A stretch of DNA of 58,841 nt, filler included, from Sphacelaria rigidula (lineage: Eukaryota): assembly GCA_964200075.2 (NCBI GenBank). It is 8 parts of 8 records of this genome, joined end to end, with 100 filler letters (N's around TTAATTAATTAA, not from the genome) between each part and the next. Parts side by side here need not be neighbours in the genome. Positions count along the whole stretch, not along the records: positions 1 to 7,269 come from CAXNAA020015695.1; positions 7,370 to 14,637 come from CAXNAA020015696.1; 6 more parts are not named here. One strand, written 5' to 3'. The translations under genes and the position numbers were made by a program. Below, piece by piece: positions 1 to 11,035 of this stretch. Under the pieces are notes generated by a model that was not told where the DNA came from, searched no databases, and worked only from the letters and a program-made list of their open reading frames with translations. How positions within the stretch are numbered: position 1 is the first letter of the stretch; the number at the start of each line of letters is the position of its first letter.

Positions 1-1110
1 CACATGTGTAGAGGAGCATTCTTCTCTCGGGCCAGTTCTTGGAGTCTGCGGACAACGAACATCATGTCGACTGTGGAACGGCCAGGTCGGAAGCCGCATT
101 GCGCTTCTGGGAGGATTCCCTTCCACTCGCAGTAGGCACTGAGGCGAGTCGCAACTATCTTGAGCACCACCTTGCCCGCGTGGACCCGAGAGAAATACCG
201 CGGTAGTTGCCGCATTCGTATGGGTCATGTTTCTTGAAGAACACCTTGATGATAGTGTCTTTCCACTCTCGCGGTACAACTTCCTGACGCCACACGATGA
301 GCACGATGTCGTGGAGGTACTTCAGGATGGCAGAGTCCTCGGTGCGACCGAGCTTTAACAGTTCGCCACAGATGTCGTCCGTCCCAACGGCCTTACCGTT
401 CGCCAGTTTGCCCACTGCTTCCTTCACTTCTGCCATCGAGGGCTCCGCCGCGAGCGATGTGTGCTCTGGCAGCTGTTCGATGAGATCGATTGTAGGTGAG
501 GTTGCGTTCAGCAGTGTGTCAAACCATTCCTTCCATCGTTGGAGGATAGCTTGCTTGTCCCGCAACAGCTCGCCAGTAGCGCTCCGGACGTAGGTTGAAT
601 TGCTCTGCTTCTTCCCTTCCAGTTCCAAGGACTTGATATGCTGGTACAGTCCTGCTTGATCCTTCTTGCGAACAAAGTCCGCGGTTCGGACTGTGAAGTC
701 GTGGACGAAATTCTGTAGCTCAGCATTCTTCGCCCGCTTGAACGCCTTGTCCGTCACCTTCAGCGCCTTCTTCAGGGCAGTGTCTTTGGGGTTTGCTCGT
801 TGTTTTTTCCATACACTTTTCCGGAGATCCCATGCCGTTTGGAGGCGGTCCTGAGCTTGAGATGACTCACTGAAATCTCTAGATTGGGTTTTCTTGGCGC
901 ATGGAGGGAGTGTATCCGCGGCCGTCTGTCGCAGGGCGTTGGCAAAGGTAGATGCCATGTGGTTGACATCCGTCACTGCGGGGGAATCAGTGGCATTCGG
1001 TAGCTTAACGACGATGACCTGTGCAACAGTAGCCCTCCAGATAGTAGACCAAATCATTCCGAGGTGTCAGAATTCGCCGAGCTCTTCTCTCGGTTGAACA
1101 ACGTCGCGGA
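1..1110 (-). mobile_element. Non-LTR retrotransposon (RTE-like LINE) fragment, reverse transcriptase region, frameshifted
   Basis: ORF 155..1057 carries RTE-type motifs: [59 protein letters not shown]. After a 1-nt frameshift near 185 the frame continues [41 protein letters not shown] to the contig start. Confidence 0.93.
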
Positions 1111-2031
1111 GGGGTCAAAGAGGCACTTTCCCGAGAGATGTGTTTTTCGCATCTTAGGAACCGGTCAAACGTGCCCTTCAATCTCTTCCGACGCTTTTTT
1201 TTATTGCCCCTCTTTTTGTCGACTAGATACGCCCTAACAGCAGTCGCCGTTGAAGGCCAAGTTTATACTCCTGTCCGTACAACATGTGTTTTTCCGCTGC
1301 TCGTTGCTCTGTCTTGATGTCGTCTTTTTGCATCTGCGGCAACGGCGTATCACCTTGGGACTCAGTGCACTGGAGGATATAAAAAGTTAACTCTTCATAA
1401 CGAGCGTGTGTGTTTCTTTAGGTGCTGTATAAAAGGAGGTATTGCAACTCCGTTCGGCGAGTGTGAGCATGGAAGACGCGATCGAAACAGTCACTTGAAG
1501 CAACGTACTTAGCATGCCGGTTTCACCGAAGTTAAATAACCCTCACGGATCCAAGCTGCGCTACCTGAGCCTCGTACAACGCGTGCGGTGTGCATTTCTC
1601 CATGTGGGTTGCACGTTAGGCAAAAGCCACGCAAATCATGCACCTGTTTGAAAATTATCTTATTTTGGTCGGCATTTTCTTCATTTTTGCAGGTCAGCAC
1701 AACGCTATACAGTCGGTGTCGGATACGGGCTGTGAACTAAATCTAAGTCGAGTATGGTTTAACGTCTGGGTGTTCGAAAGGTTGTCCGACTTCTATCGCG
1801 TCGCTTGACTTGGGGCATGGTAAAACTTCCGCAAAGATTTTACAATACACCGCCAATTTTCCACAAACCTTATGTATGTAACTCCTGCTCCAATAGACAA
1901 TGTAAATTAGCGAAGACACTTTTGCATTTGATGCCAACATAGTGATATCCAGAACCCAGCTGCCTTGCCTACTTCGTACAAGAGTCGAGGCGTGTAAAAT
2001 TTTCAGCCAACGTTTGTGAAAATTCGTTCCA

Positions 2032-5000
2032 ATGATCGCTACCGAAAGCTCTCGTTTCGTTCAGGTCTGCCATATTCCACCTTCTACCAAATACTTGCGT
2101 TTACTGTAGAACCAGCAGAGAAACGTTTGGCCGCTCTCCTCAAGACAAGGGAATATTCGGGTGGTGGCAAAAGTACAGCCACCAACCTACCCCCTCCCCA
2201 GCGTGTTTGCACCGTGCCTGTATCTTGAGGCACACTTTCCTAACGCATACGTTTGCTACCGCAGGAGAGCCGTCGTGGCAACCGCTCGAGCCCACCCGGC
2301 CGGACTGCAAAGTACGACCCCTGCGACATCGCGTTCCTCGCTCATCCCTCTAGTATTCTATCGACATTCGCCTTGTGGATGCCCGAGATACGACCCCAGC
2401 ACAGGTACACCAACCTTTCGCAGTAGCAGAGCCCGTCAAAGAATGAAGTACGGTGAGGCGCATTATGAGATAGCCTGTTTCTCTGGCCGTGTGTTTCTCG
2501 GTGTGGTACATTGTATCGGTATCCGTTGGTCGTTGTTGGGTGAAACGGCACAGCTTCCAGAGGGGGGCTTCGGTAGTGCTATACACATATTGCGCCAACG
2601 TTTTTCTGTAGTTCGTTGACGTGTACTGTTTTGGATCGCATCTAGATCTGAGTGCAAAATGTACTTGAGTGCTTTTTTGGAGCCATACCCTCCCTCCATC
2701 ACAGTAAATGGATCCTGGTGATTGATCAATCAACGTTCAGCGGTAAGTCGTATCTATCGATCCTCCTTCTCGCCGAAATCGTGCAGTCTGTCGATGGCAT
2801 CTTGCCCATCAAAATCCTGTTTCTTGTCGAATGATGCACGCCGACATTGGTGGTGGGCGGTCATGGGATATTCAAATCCTACTCCCTGCACGTTGTGCTC
2901 ACCTTGGACATTCCGTTTCTTCAAGGTGGAATGATTCATGGTGGATGGTTCCTGCTTGGCCCGTCGTCTTCATAGTGAGCTTGTGGAACCTTTACGTATC
3001 GCCGTTAATCTGCGGTCCCTATTTCGTGGTGGACACATTTCGCTACTGCGGCATGGAGAACCAGGTGAGCACAGCATTGGAACTGCCTGAAAAGGCACTG
3101 ACGGGCAGTGGGTATGAAGTGTCGAAGAGAAGAAATCATCGAGAGGGAAGGATGGATGGACGTCTGAGTATTCAACATACCACGCCTTGTGATACAACTT
3201 GTAGTCTGGTTCAACGCCACCCCCACGTCATATACGGTCGTCAACTCCCCCCCACCCACCCACGCCATATAACACCCCCGTAACAATCGTGTTACATGAC
3301 AAGGTGTGGCTGTCCCGAGCTTTCGGCTACCAGTTCATGATGAAGTGCTTCAGGCGTAGGATTGCGAGGGGAATTGAGGAGGCCGTGCGAGAAGCCGACA
3401 GAACAGGTGATCTTACCGGTTTCAATGCGACTTCGTCAGCATCTCTGCTCCAGAAAGACTGGTGTGCATCCATGCACTAGTGAGACTATGCAAGAAAGGT
3501 GGATATGTACATACAACTCACAAGACAGCAGTCTGCTGTGCGGATTACAAAGTCATGGCCTGTGCGCTCTCGCTGTCGTGGTTTGAGCTTGAAACTCTGT
3601 ACGTCTGAAGTCTTTCACCGATGCTTTCCTGACGCGCGCATGTTGCCTGCCTATGCTCAGGCGTGTCGGTCATGGGACTTGGAGCGCTGAACAAAGCAGA
3701 GTTCATCAACCGCGGCGGAGAGGATATCCTCGAGGCTTTCCAGCCCGCAAAAACCAGGTATGCTTCAACGCAGTATGCACGATCATCCTGCGGTTCTCGA
3801 TATTGTACGAGCAGCCATTGTGCGGCTGTGCTCGGCTGGGGGTTGAGTTGAGTGCCTGCGTAAGCATTGCAACCGTCAAAGTTCGACTAACGTGGGAGAC
3901 GGCGCTTTCGAAACGCCGAGCAGCAATGCCCATGCCTACGAAATTCGTTTCGAGACTATCAGCTCGAATTTTTCAAGCCCTAGAACAACATGTGAAGCCA
4001 GCGGGCACCGTAGTTCGAAGTTGTCATGCTCCAGTAGTTCCGAAGAATCAACCGCGGCGACATAGTACGGAACCGCACAATGTCGAGTCGACCTGCATGT
4101 CAAGCATTGACTGCAGATGTTGCTGGGTGTTACGCTGTACCCGTGCTCTTGGTCATTGCGCGTTTCCGAATGGCTGAAATTCGTGCTCGATCTCCCACTC
4201 GTATTGTACCCGTTGTCTGTTGTGCATGTTTCCATATTTTCCGGTCCATCAGCTCCATCGGGAAAAAACGTCCATTTCACAGTAGTACGCTGACACAGCT
4301 TCGTTTCGATCGAATCTCTCACCGCCGATGCTTCACGTTATATATATATATATATATCATGCACTGACGTAGCCATGCCGCGAGGTAGACTGACCTGTCC
4401 AGGAAACATGTATTTATTGCATATATCTAAATGAAGCAGGCTAGAAGCTATGGATCCGTGCGACGGTACTGCAGTGGCCCAGGAAGGTATAACTCTCGCT
4501 TCCCCGATGAATATAACTGTTGTTGTCTGTCGCCGACTGTCCTCCAAAACGAGGCGTATTTTCTCCGTTGGTATTCGGGCAAGATCTTAGACACACCAGA
4601 GAGTAACCCGCGTGTGTTTCAGCCTCGTTGCTTGGGGGTCCTAAGAGGGCACTTATGGTTATCGGGGGTCACAAGATGCGATAGGTCTTTAAGAACGGGG
4701 CTCCCACAGTTCGTTCGCTCGAAGCCATGGTCATACCAGAGTGCTTGATCATATGAGCAAGTTGTCACACTAATCTCCGATGCGCACAAACAAATGTGAC
4801 TTCCACGTGCGGAATGTACCATCTCTCAGATACTCGGCACGATATAGGGTCCCGGTGACCCCCAGTATCCCGACGTATGGGCTGCCTTCAAGACTTTGCT
4901 CCGATATGCGTTTTTGGGTGAAGACAGTGATCGTATTGGTGTACCGCAGCTTCACCTCGCGTGAGGTGGCCTGCCATCGCGCGAGGTGAAATTGCGAAGC

Positions 5001-6044
5001 GCAATTTTGTGAGACGGCGACCACTCGCGACCGCCGACCTTCGGTTCTAGATTCCCACACCGCGTCCACTGCGTTTGTTGCTGTTGCTTGTCGCCGAAGG
5101 CTTGTGCACGGTAACACTCTAACTGCAGCTGTGGTCGTGGAGAATGCGAAGACAGTTGTGTTGGATGGCGGCCATGCGAGGAGCGGCCGCCGAGGCGGCA
5201 CGCAAGCCACGGGGGAAGAACGCTGCGTGTTTCTGACAGGAGCAACGTCGAAGGTAACTAACCATACTGCTTCGCCCCGTTGCCATGGTGTTCGCTCACC
5301 TTGCGGGGTGCTGTAGAATCTGCTCGCCAGTGACTCGCACATCACGTGCGTGCGTATTCTTACATGTGTACAACTGAACGCATTCCAGCTAGAACGTCTG
5401 CAGAAGAACAGACATTGCAAATCGGCTGACTCTCAGGTGTTGCGTAGCGTGTGAGATCAACCCTACGTTTCATTTCAGTTCTCTTCAGCGTAACGTGTTC
5501 TCTTGAGGTTGGTGTCACCTGCCACATTGCTAGTAATGCAATTGCTCTTGGTACTACCGATCGTGAAGCCATGTGATGCAGGCGGATAGCTTCGACCACC
5601 CGCAGTCATGAAGCCACACATTTTGCGATGATCACACGCGTGTCAAATAATGTATGTCTTGAGGTTGCCTCAAGCGTTGTTTCGTTGCCGAACCTCCCAG
5701 GTTGGTCGGGCCGTGGCGCTGAAGCTGGCGTTGAAGGGCTTCGACGTGGTATGTTGCACCGGTTCAGATGACCGTTTCGAAGCACTTCAGATGGAACTTG
5801 ACCAACTGGACCATTTAAAACGTAGCCGTGGTCCTCAAGTACCGGGAAATTCCGACGCAGTGGTGGATGATGCTTCTGCGAGGCTGACCTCGCGTTTCGC
5901 TCAAATACAAGATGGAAGTGTTGACATCGGGGCAAGGTTAGAGCAGGGTCACGAGGCGACAGGAAGGTTGCTACGGGCACGGCGGGTCGACGAAGGAGTG
6001 CGACATCGCGTTTGGATTATTGGGAAAAGCGACCCGTCAGTCAG
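2032..6044 (+). CDS. CER3/WAX2 (ECERIFERUM1/3 family)-like protein, partial, spliced
   Basis: Phase-consistent GT-AG exons: 2265-2404 (CDIAFLAHPSSILSTF), 2926-3064 (WWMVPAWPVVF), 3304-3406 (VWLSRAFGYQF..IEEAVREADRTG), 3661-3757 (VMGLGALNKAEFINRGG), 5100-5253 (RLVHGNTLTAAVV..VFLTGATSK), 5701-6044 (VGRAVALKL..VWIIGK). Candidate first exon 2032-2064 (MIATESSRFVQ). The motifs follow the order of plant CER3 (FVFLAH, LAALNK, VHGNTLTAA, VFLTGATSKLGRA, WIVGK). The 3' exons are not in the contig. Confidence 0.88.
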
Positions 6045-6171
6045 GTGATGAAACACGACATCACGAAAAGCACAGTGCCTGGAGCATTGGCATACGCTTT
6101 CTTGTTATTTGTCATTTTGCTCCGGAGTGGTGCCGCGATAGCTCCCCTCCCCCACACAAGAAGGAACCTTT

Positions 6172-6480
6172 AAATGGTGAGACACCCATGAGGCAGTGTG
6201 TAAGCCGTGGCTGTCTCTGGCAGTGGTGATACCAGATAAATGAAGCAGGTCATTGGAGGCTTGTCATCCAAATGCAAGATAACCAGTAGGCTTCGGGCCG
6301 AGTAATCTTAGCAGGATGCAGCTCACCCTCCATGCAACTCGACGAACACATCACCGCACTTCGCGCTTGGTGATTGATTGCGAGCCTGGTCCCGCGAAAG
6401 CCCGGCATGCTCCATCCCGGCTTAGTATGGATGCGGGATTAATGGACATATGACTATGGCATGCAAGAGCGTGCGTACAC
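6172..6480 (+). repeat. Dispersed repeat family A, 5'-truncated copy
   Basis: Aligns by eye with 36417-36718 and 57535-57841 (gagacacccatgaggcagtg...ggcttcgggcc...gactatggcatgcaag) and ends at a C-run. Confidence 0.85.
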
Positions 6481-6487
6481 CCCCCCG

Positions 6488-6611
6488 GGAAAAAGAGCGC
6501 CCAAATGTTGGAGGTTCCTCTGCTATTAATAGGAGTAGAAATGCTCTGTTCGTTTCGAAAGGGATGCGTCGTCAACGGTCAAACGACGAAGACAAGCAAC
6601 AAATGAGTACG
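6488..6611 (+). repeat. Dispersed repeat family B copy
   Basis: gagcgcccaaatgtt...gatgcgtcgtcaacggtcaaacgacgaagacaagcaacaaatgagtacg followed by a C-run. Homologous to 22950-23152, 25288-25330, 44772-44830 and 50080-50141. Confidence 0.8.
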
Positions 6612-6650
6612 CCCCCCCACCCCACCCCCCACCCCCCAGAAAAATAGGCT

Positions 6651-7018
6651 GTTTCATGTGTGTGTTGTGTGTGTGCGTTGTCGTCCCTTCTATTCTGGTC
6701 TCCAGTCTGCACCTTTCGGTATATGTGGGCACCAGCCCGGGTCACACAGGAGGAGGTTCAACACAGGAGTTTTTTTCTTTTTTGTTTGTTTTTAGTACTC
6801 CACCTTCCTTCTGCGGTGTTTGGTTTTATTTTTTATCGCGAGAGGGGTGCAGCACTACCTTCCCCTCGTCGACCGTTGAGTCGACTTTTGTGTGTCCATG
6901 ACATGGTCGCTCTCCACTGTTGGGCATGGTGCTGGAAAAAATACCAGATCGCTCCGAGAGTTGAACCCACGACCCGGCCGTCAGAAGGTTTCGAGGTTAC
7001 CAACTGAGCCACCGGGGC
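6651..7018 (-). mobile_element. tRNA-derived SINE (family 1), apparently full length
   Basis: The minus strand begins gccccggTGGCTCAGTTGG (Pol III A box) ... gGGTTCAACTC (B box), followed by a body and an (AC)-rich tail. The body and tail recur at 29474-29685 and 44208-44475. Confidence 0.8.
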
Positions 7019-7019
7019 G

Positions 7020-7165
7020 TTTTGAGGCGGCAAAATCTGCCCACGATTCAAAATGATGGAAGCCAAGCACACCGACTAGCTGGCAACTCCCACGCTCGGG
7101 ATTGTTCTCGCCAATATCGCTCATATGAGATGCTTCCTGCAGTCTGAAACCAGCTGTCATACGCT
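7020..7165. repeat. Dispersed repeat family C
   Basis: The reverse complement aligns with 45295-45450 (cagactgcaggaagcatctcatatgagcgatattggcgagaac vs caggttgcacgaagcgcctcatattggcgacattggcgagaac). Confidence 0.7.
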
Positions 7166-7269
7166 GTATTCCCATTTTCTTCGTGACTGTTTTCGGGCTT
7201 GTTTGTGGGGATGGGGGAGGGGGGGGTTGTACTCATGATCATGCATGCCATAGTCATAAGACCATTGAC

Positions 7270-7369
7270 NNNNNNNNNNNNNNNNNNNNNNNNNNNNNNN
7301 NNNNNNNNNNNNNTTAATTAATTAANNNNNNNNNNNNNNNNNNNNNNNNNNNNNNNNNNNNNNNNNNNN
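7270..7369. other. Artificial contig-join spacer (N44-TTAATTAATTAA-N44); same at 14638-14737, 22006-22105, 29374-29473, 36741-36840, 44108-44207, 51475-51574
   Basis: Identical 100-nt spacer with a six-frame stop linker separates contigs of monotonically decreasing length. Confidence 0.98.
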
Positions 7370-7998
7370 AGCCTACTGATTATCTGGCTTTTGGATGACA
7401 GCCAACAATGAGTTGCTTTATTTTCTGGTATCGCCACTTCCAGAGACAGCCACGGCTTATACACCGCCTCATGGGTGTCTACACTGGCTTGGGGAGGGGG
7501 GGGGCTCTCGCGGCATCACTCGTTACCACCAAAGAAGAAATAAATCACTAAATGTCGACGTGTGGCGGGAGTGCAGATCCCAATCTGCTACATCAAAATG
7601 TCACTGGACGTAATGACGGGTAAGAGGTCCCAGCCCTGACTTTTTTCAGGATTGGAGTCCAAGTCTTTCAAGAGCAGGTTGTTGTTGGAAGTCACGCTTT
7701 TAAGTTCTACAAAACAATCCAGGAAACAAGTGATACTCTGCTGTGCTGCGCGATCGAATTGTACTGCATCGTAAAATCACGCCACTTTATTTCTCTCTCT
7801 TCGTACAGTAGTCTAGCGTGAAGATCCTTGCGCCAAAAAGGTCCGCAGGCTTCAAATCACACGTCACAATTCACAGACAAAGCTATGAAGGAAATGAAGG
7901 GTCATCTACTTACACCGGCACGTCACTCTTCGCCAGCGCGTATATGCTCCCCACCCGCCCGCCCGCCCGCCTCCCCCCATCATGTGTGCGGTCGTTAC

Positions 7999-8229
7999 CT
8001 GGCTCGGCGTGATGTCCTCGAAACCACTGGACCGTCTGCCGTTCGACCTGGATCCCGTTTCGGATTTGGATCCCGTTTCGGATTCCGGATCACGTTTCAC
8101 ATCACCTGTGCTGCTGTCACTCCCCGCACCGCTACCAGCGCCACTGCTGGATCCCGCCCGCCCAACGCCTTGGCGCTTGGGTGCGGGTCGAGGAAATTCT
8201 TGCTCCTCTTCCGCTGGTTCGGGACTCCT
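7999..8229 (-). CDS. Probable internal exon of an unknown gene (Ser/Gly-rich, low complexity)
   Basis: tag| acceptor and cag|gtaac donor flank an open 77-codon frame RSPEPAEEEQEFPRPAPKRQ...SETGSKSETGSR...DITPSQ. No recognisable domain. Confidence 0.5.
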
Positions 8230-8330
8230 CTACCAGACCGAAGACAAGGGGGGGAAAATAGATATGGGAATGTTGAATGGTGCACATTTGTGCAAAGGTG
8301 GTCGGGGTAGGGGACGGGGAGGTAACCTCG

Positions 8331-8900
8331 CTTACACGGGTACTTGAAGTACTCAGTATCCACGGTACCAAGAACATCGACTACCGAAAATATGCAGGAT
8401 TTCAGGTTGCGCAGGGTACCCGCATGTCGAAAGTACTCAGTATTGCCGGGTATTCAGGGTATCGACAACCAAAATATACTCGGTATTCTAGAGTGCCAAG
8501 AGTATGAACGGTTGAAAGTACTATTATATATACCTCAAGGTACCTCGGGTACTCTCGCTCGAAGTACCCGGTATGGTACCCGAAGTGCTGAGTATAATCA
8601 CACGGTACGTGGGATATCGATTGTTGGAAGTGATTTGTATTCCAGGATGCCTCGGGTACCCACCCTGGATATACCCGATGGTGTACCCGGAGTACTGAGT
8701 AACCAACATGAATTCCGCGGGTACCGAGGGTACCGGGTGCCGTATACAGTCAAAATTTTCAGGGCATCGAGAGAGTCGACTGTCGAAAATACGCAGTATT
8801 CTGGGTTATCCAGGATATCGACTGCCGAAAATACTCAGTAGGTACGCATTACCCAGTGTATCGTGGCTCCAAAATACGAGTATTCCAGGGAAAACACTCA
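8331..8900. repeat. GTAC/GGTACC/GAGTACTC-motif-rich degenerate repeat (MITE-like)
   Basis: Dense gtactc, gggtacc, atcgac..cgaaaatac motifs. Similar tracts at 10371-11035 and 13190-14090. Confidence 0.7.
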
Positions 8901-9120
8901 GTAGTGGACAAAACTCTGCACCGGCCAGCTTCCATCCTAGCTTCGTTTCATGTCGTTTCCTGAGTCCTGTGGCCCACACAGTAGAAAGTCGCCTGGATGT
9001 ATAGTGAACTTGAACATTTAGCATTTAACACGGTTGTGAGTTGCCTCGTATTCAGAATTACAAAACGTATATCAGTACAGCCCACCCAATCCAGTACATT
9101 TGGCTGTTTCATGTTGAAAA

Positions 9121-9360
9121 GTTACCTGCACAATAGCACGTGGCCTGGCTATATTCTCAATTTTGGAATTTCTCGTCATCAACGCTTCGAAGTTGCCTGG
9201 TTGTATTCGGACCGACATAAAATTTGTATGCTGAATCAGGGATATTTGGCTACTGAATGTGCCAAAATTCGCCTGCACAATAGTAGCTTGCCTGGGTATA
9301 TTCTGAACTATGAATATATCGCATGAAGGACGGCACGAAGTTGCCTGGTTGTATTTCTGA
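9121..9360 (+). repeat. Diverged tandem duplication, period about 147 bp
   Basis: cctgcacaatag...cctggNtatattct...cgaagttgcctggttgtatt occurs at about 9125 and about 9272. Confidence 0.7.
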
Positions 9361-10370
9361 ATCATGTGCATTTGCGCGTTGAATTCTTTACACTCGGCTG
9401 TCTACTTATCCAAAAGTTACTCCGGGGTCTGTGGAAGATGGAAAGATTGTATTCGCCGCTAACCATCGCGCCGGGTACATGGGATTGTGTCGAATGTACG
9501 GTGTGTCAACGTATTATTTGCACTGAACTCAGTTGAAACAATGCCGCTATGTGCGAATCCAGCGTCCGCGACAGAAACCGTTCAACGAATCCCGTTCAAG
9601 CATGCGAGCAGGGTTCCACACACCCAAACATCCCACCTCTCGTCCCCTCTTTCACGATCACGTACCCACTTAGTGGATCTACAGTACAGGTAGTTCTCAG
9701 TACTGTACTCGGTAGACCGCACGTGATACTCAGTAAGGAGGGCAGTACTGAGTACGAGCGACGGCGGAGGTGCAGCGCCTGCAAGCAAGTCGGGCGGACA
9801 TGCAAGCGCTGCGCATGAAAGCTCTACTGCTGCTGCAGCGGAGCCCGCGGACACGACCGGCCCCGCACACTCGGAGAGTGTAGTGGTGAAGACGGCAAAA
9901 TCAGCGGCGATAATAACGACACGGTGTTGCCTACCACACTGGATGGATGCTGGTACGAACGGCACGGCGGACGTCCCCGATGCCGTTTAGCGGGCAATAC
10001 TTGATAACTCGCCAGCCTCAAGTCTCACTCGCCATTCCAAACCGCATCCATTGTGAAGCCGTTCCTTTCATCAGTATGAATGGTTGGATCTACACGACTC
10101 GAACAAGAACTGGCGCAGCTTGCCGGTAAAAAAAATATGCAGGTCTGATATTTACATACACGTCGATATCTGATGACACGCATTTACAGTATTTTTCTTC
10201 TCATGGCATTTACGTGCAGTGCGCTGCGCACCTTTCCGATGGGTTCCGCCTCGAGTACAATCAGAATATACAGGAACTAGTGCTCCAGCCAGAATCAACT
10301 CCCCCAAGATCTGATCCGCGAAACGTGCGAGTATTAGTAGTCCCCAGCCAAGCCCCTCATTGAGTAGTCG

Positions 10371-11035
10371 CGAGTACCCGGTGTATCACTCTCCCAGAGG
10401 ATTTAGTCCTCTAGCCTACTCAGAGCAGTGACCCCGGAAACGCAGAGTATTCCAGGGTACGAACAGTGATGACCCGCGGAAATGCTGAGGTACTCCATGG
10501 TAGGCGAGATGTCGACTGCCGAAAGTACTGAATACCTCCGGATCTCGGGTACCCACGCACCGAAGGACCTGGTACATTACCCGGAATACTCAGCGCATGC
10601 ACTGAGTATTGAGGATACCCATGGTACCTACCGTCGGCCGTGCATCCTGCGTATTTCAGGGTGTGCAGGGTGTTGAGCTCTGGGAATACTCGGTATTTCA
10701 GGGTATCCGGGGTATAGCCACTGGAGATACTCAGTCTTGCAGGGTACCAAGGGTATCGATAACCAAAAATACTCATGATTTCAGAGGACCGATGATGCGC
10801 GTTGCCGAGGTACCGGGTATCCCAGTGTGTCTCGGATATCCGCTCCCTGAAATATCCGGTATGGTACCCGTTGGAATGAGTATTTCGGGTTTCCAGAGTG
10901 TCCACTGACTAGAAGACCTAGTACTCCAGGATATCCAGGGTACAGTCTGTCGGAAATACTCAGTATCCCACAGTACCCAGGGTATCGACACGCCAAAATA
11001 CCCGACTTGGTACCCTACCCTACCATACTCTAAGC
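10371..11035. repeat. GTAC-motif-rich degenerate repeat (MITE-like)
   Basis: Same motif vocabulary as 8331-8900 (gagtaccc, aaatactc, gggtatcga). Confidence 0.7.

Noticed and set aside
6945..7018. Possible tRNA gene
   Set aside because: A and B boxes are present but the acceptor and anticodon stems do not pair properly, and it is fused to a multicopy body, so it is treated as a SINE head.
8344..8841. 165-aa ORF and similar ORFs at 10420-11045
   Set aside because: Spurious frames through GTAC-rich repeats.
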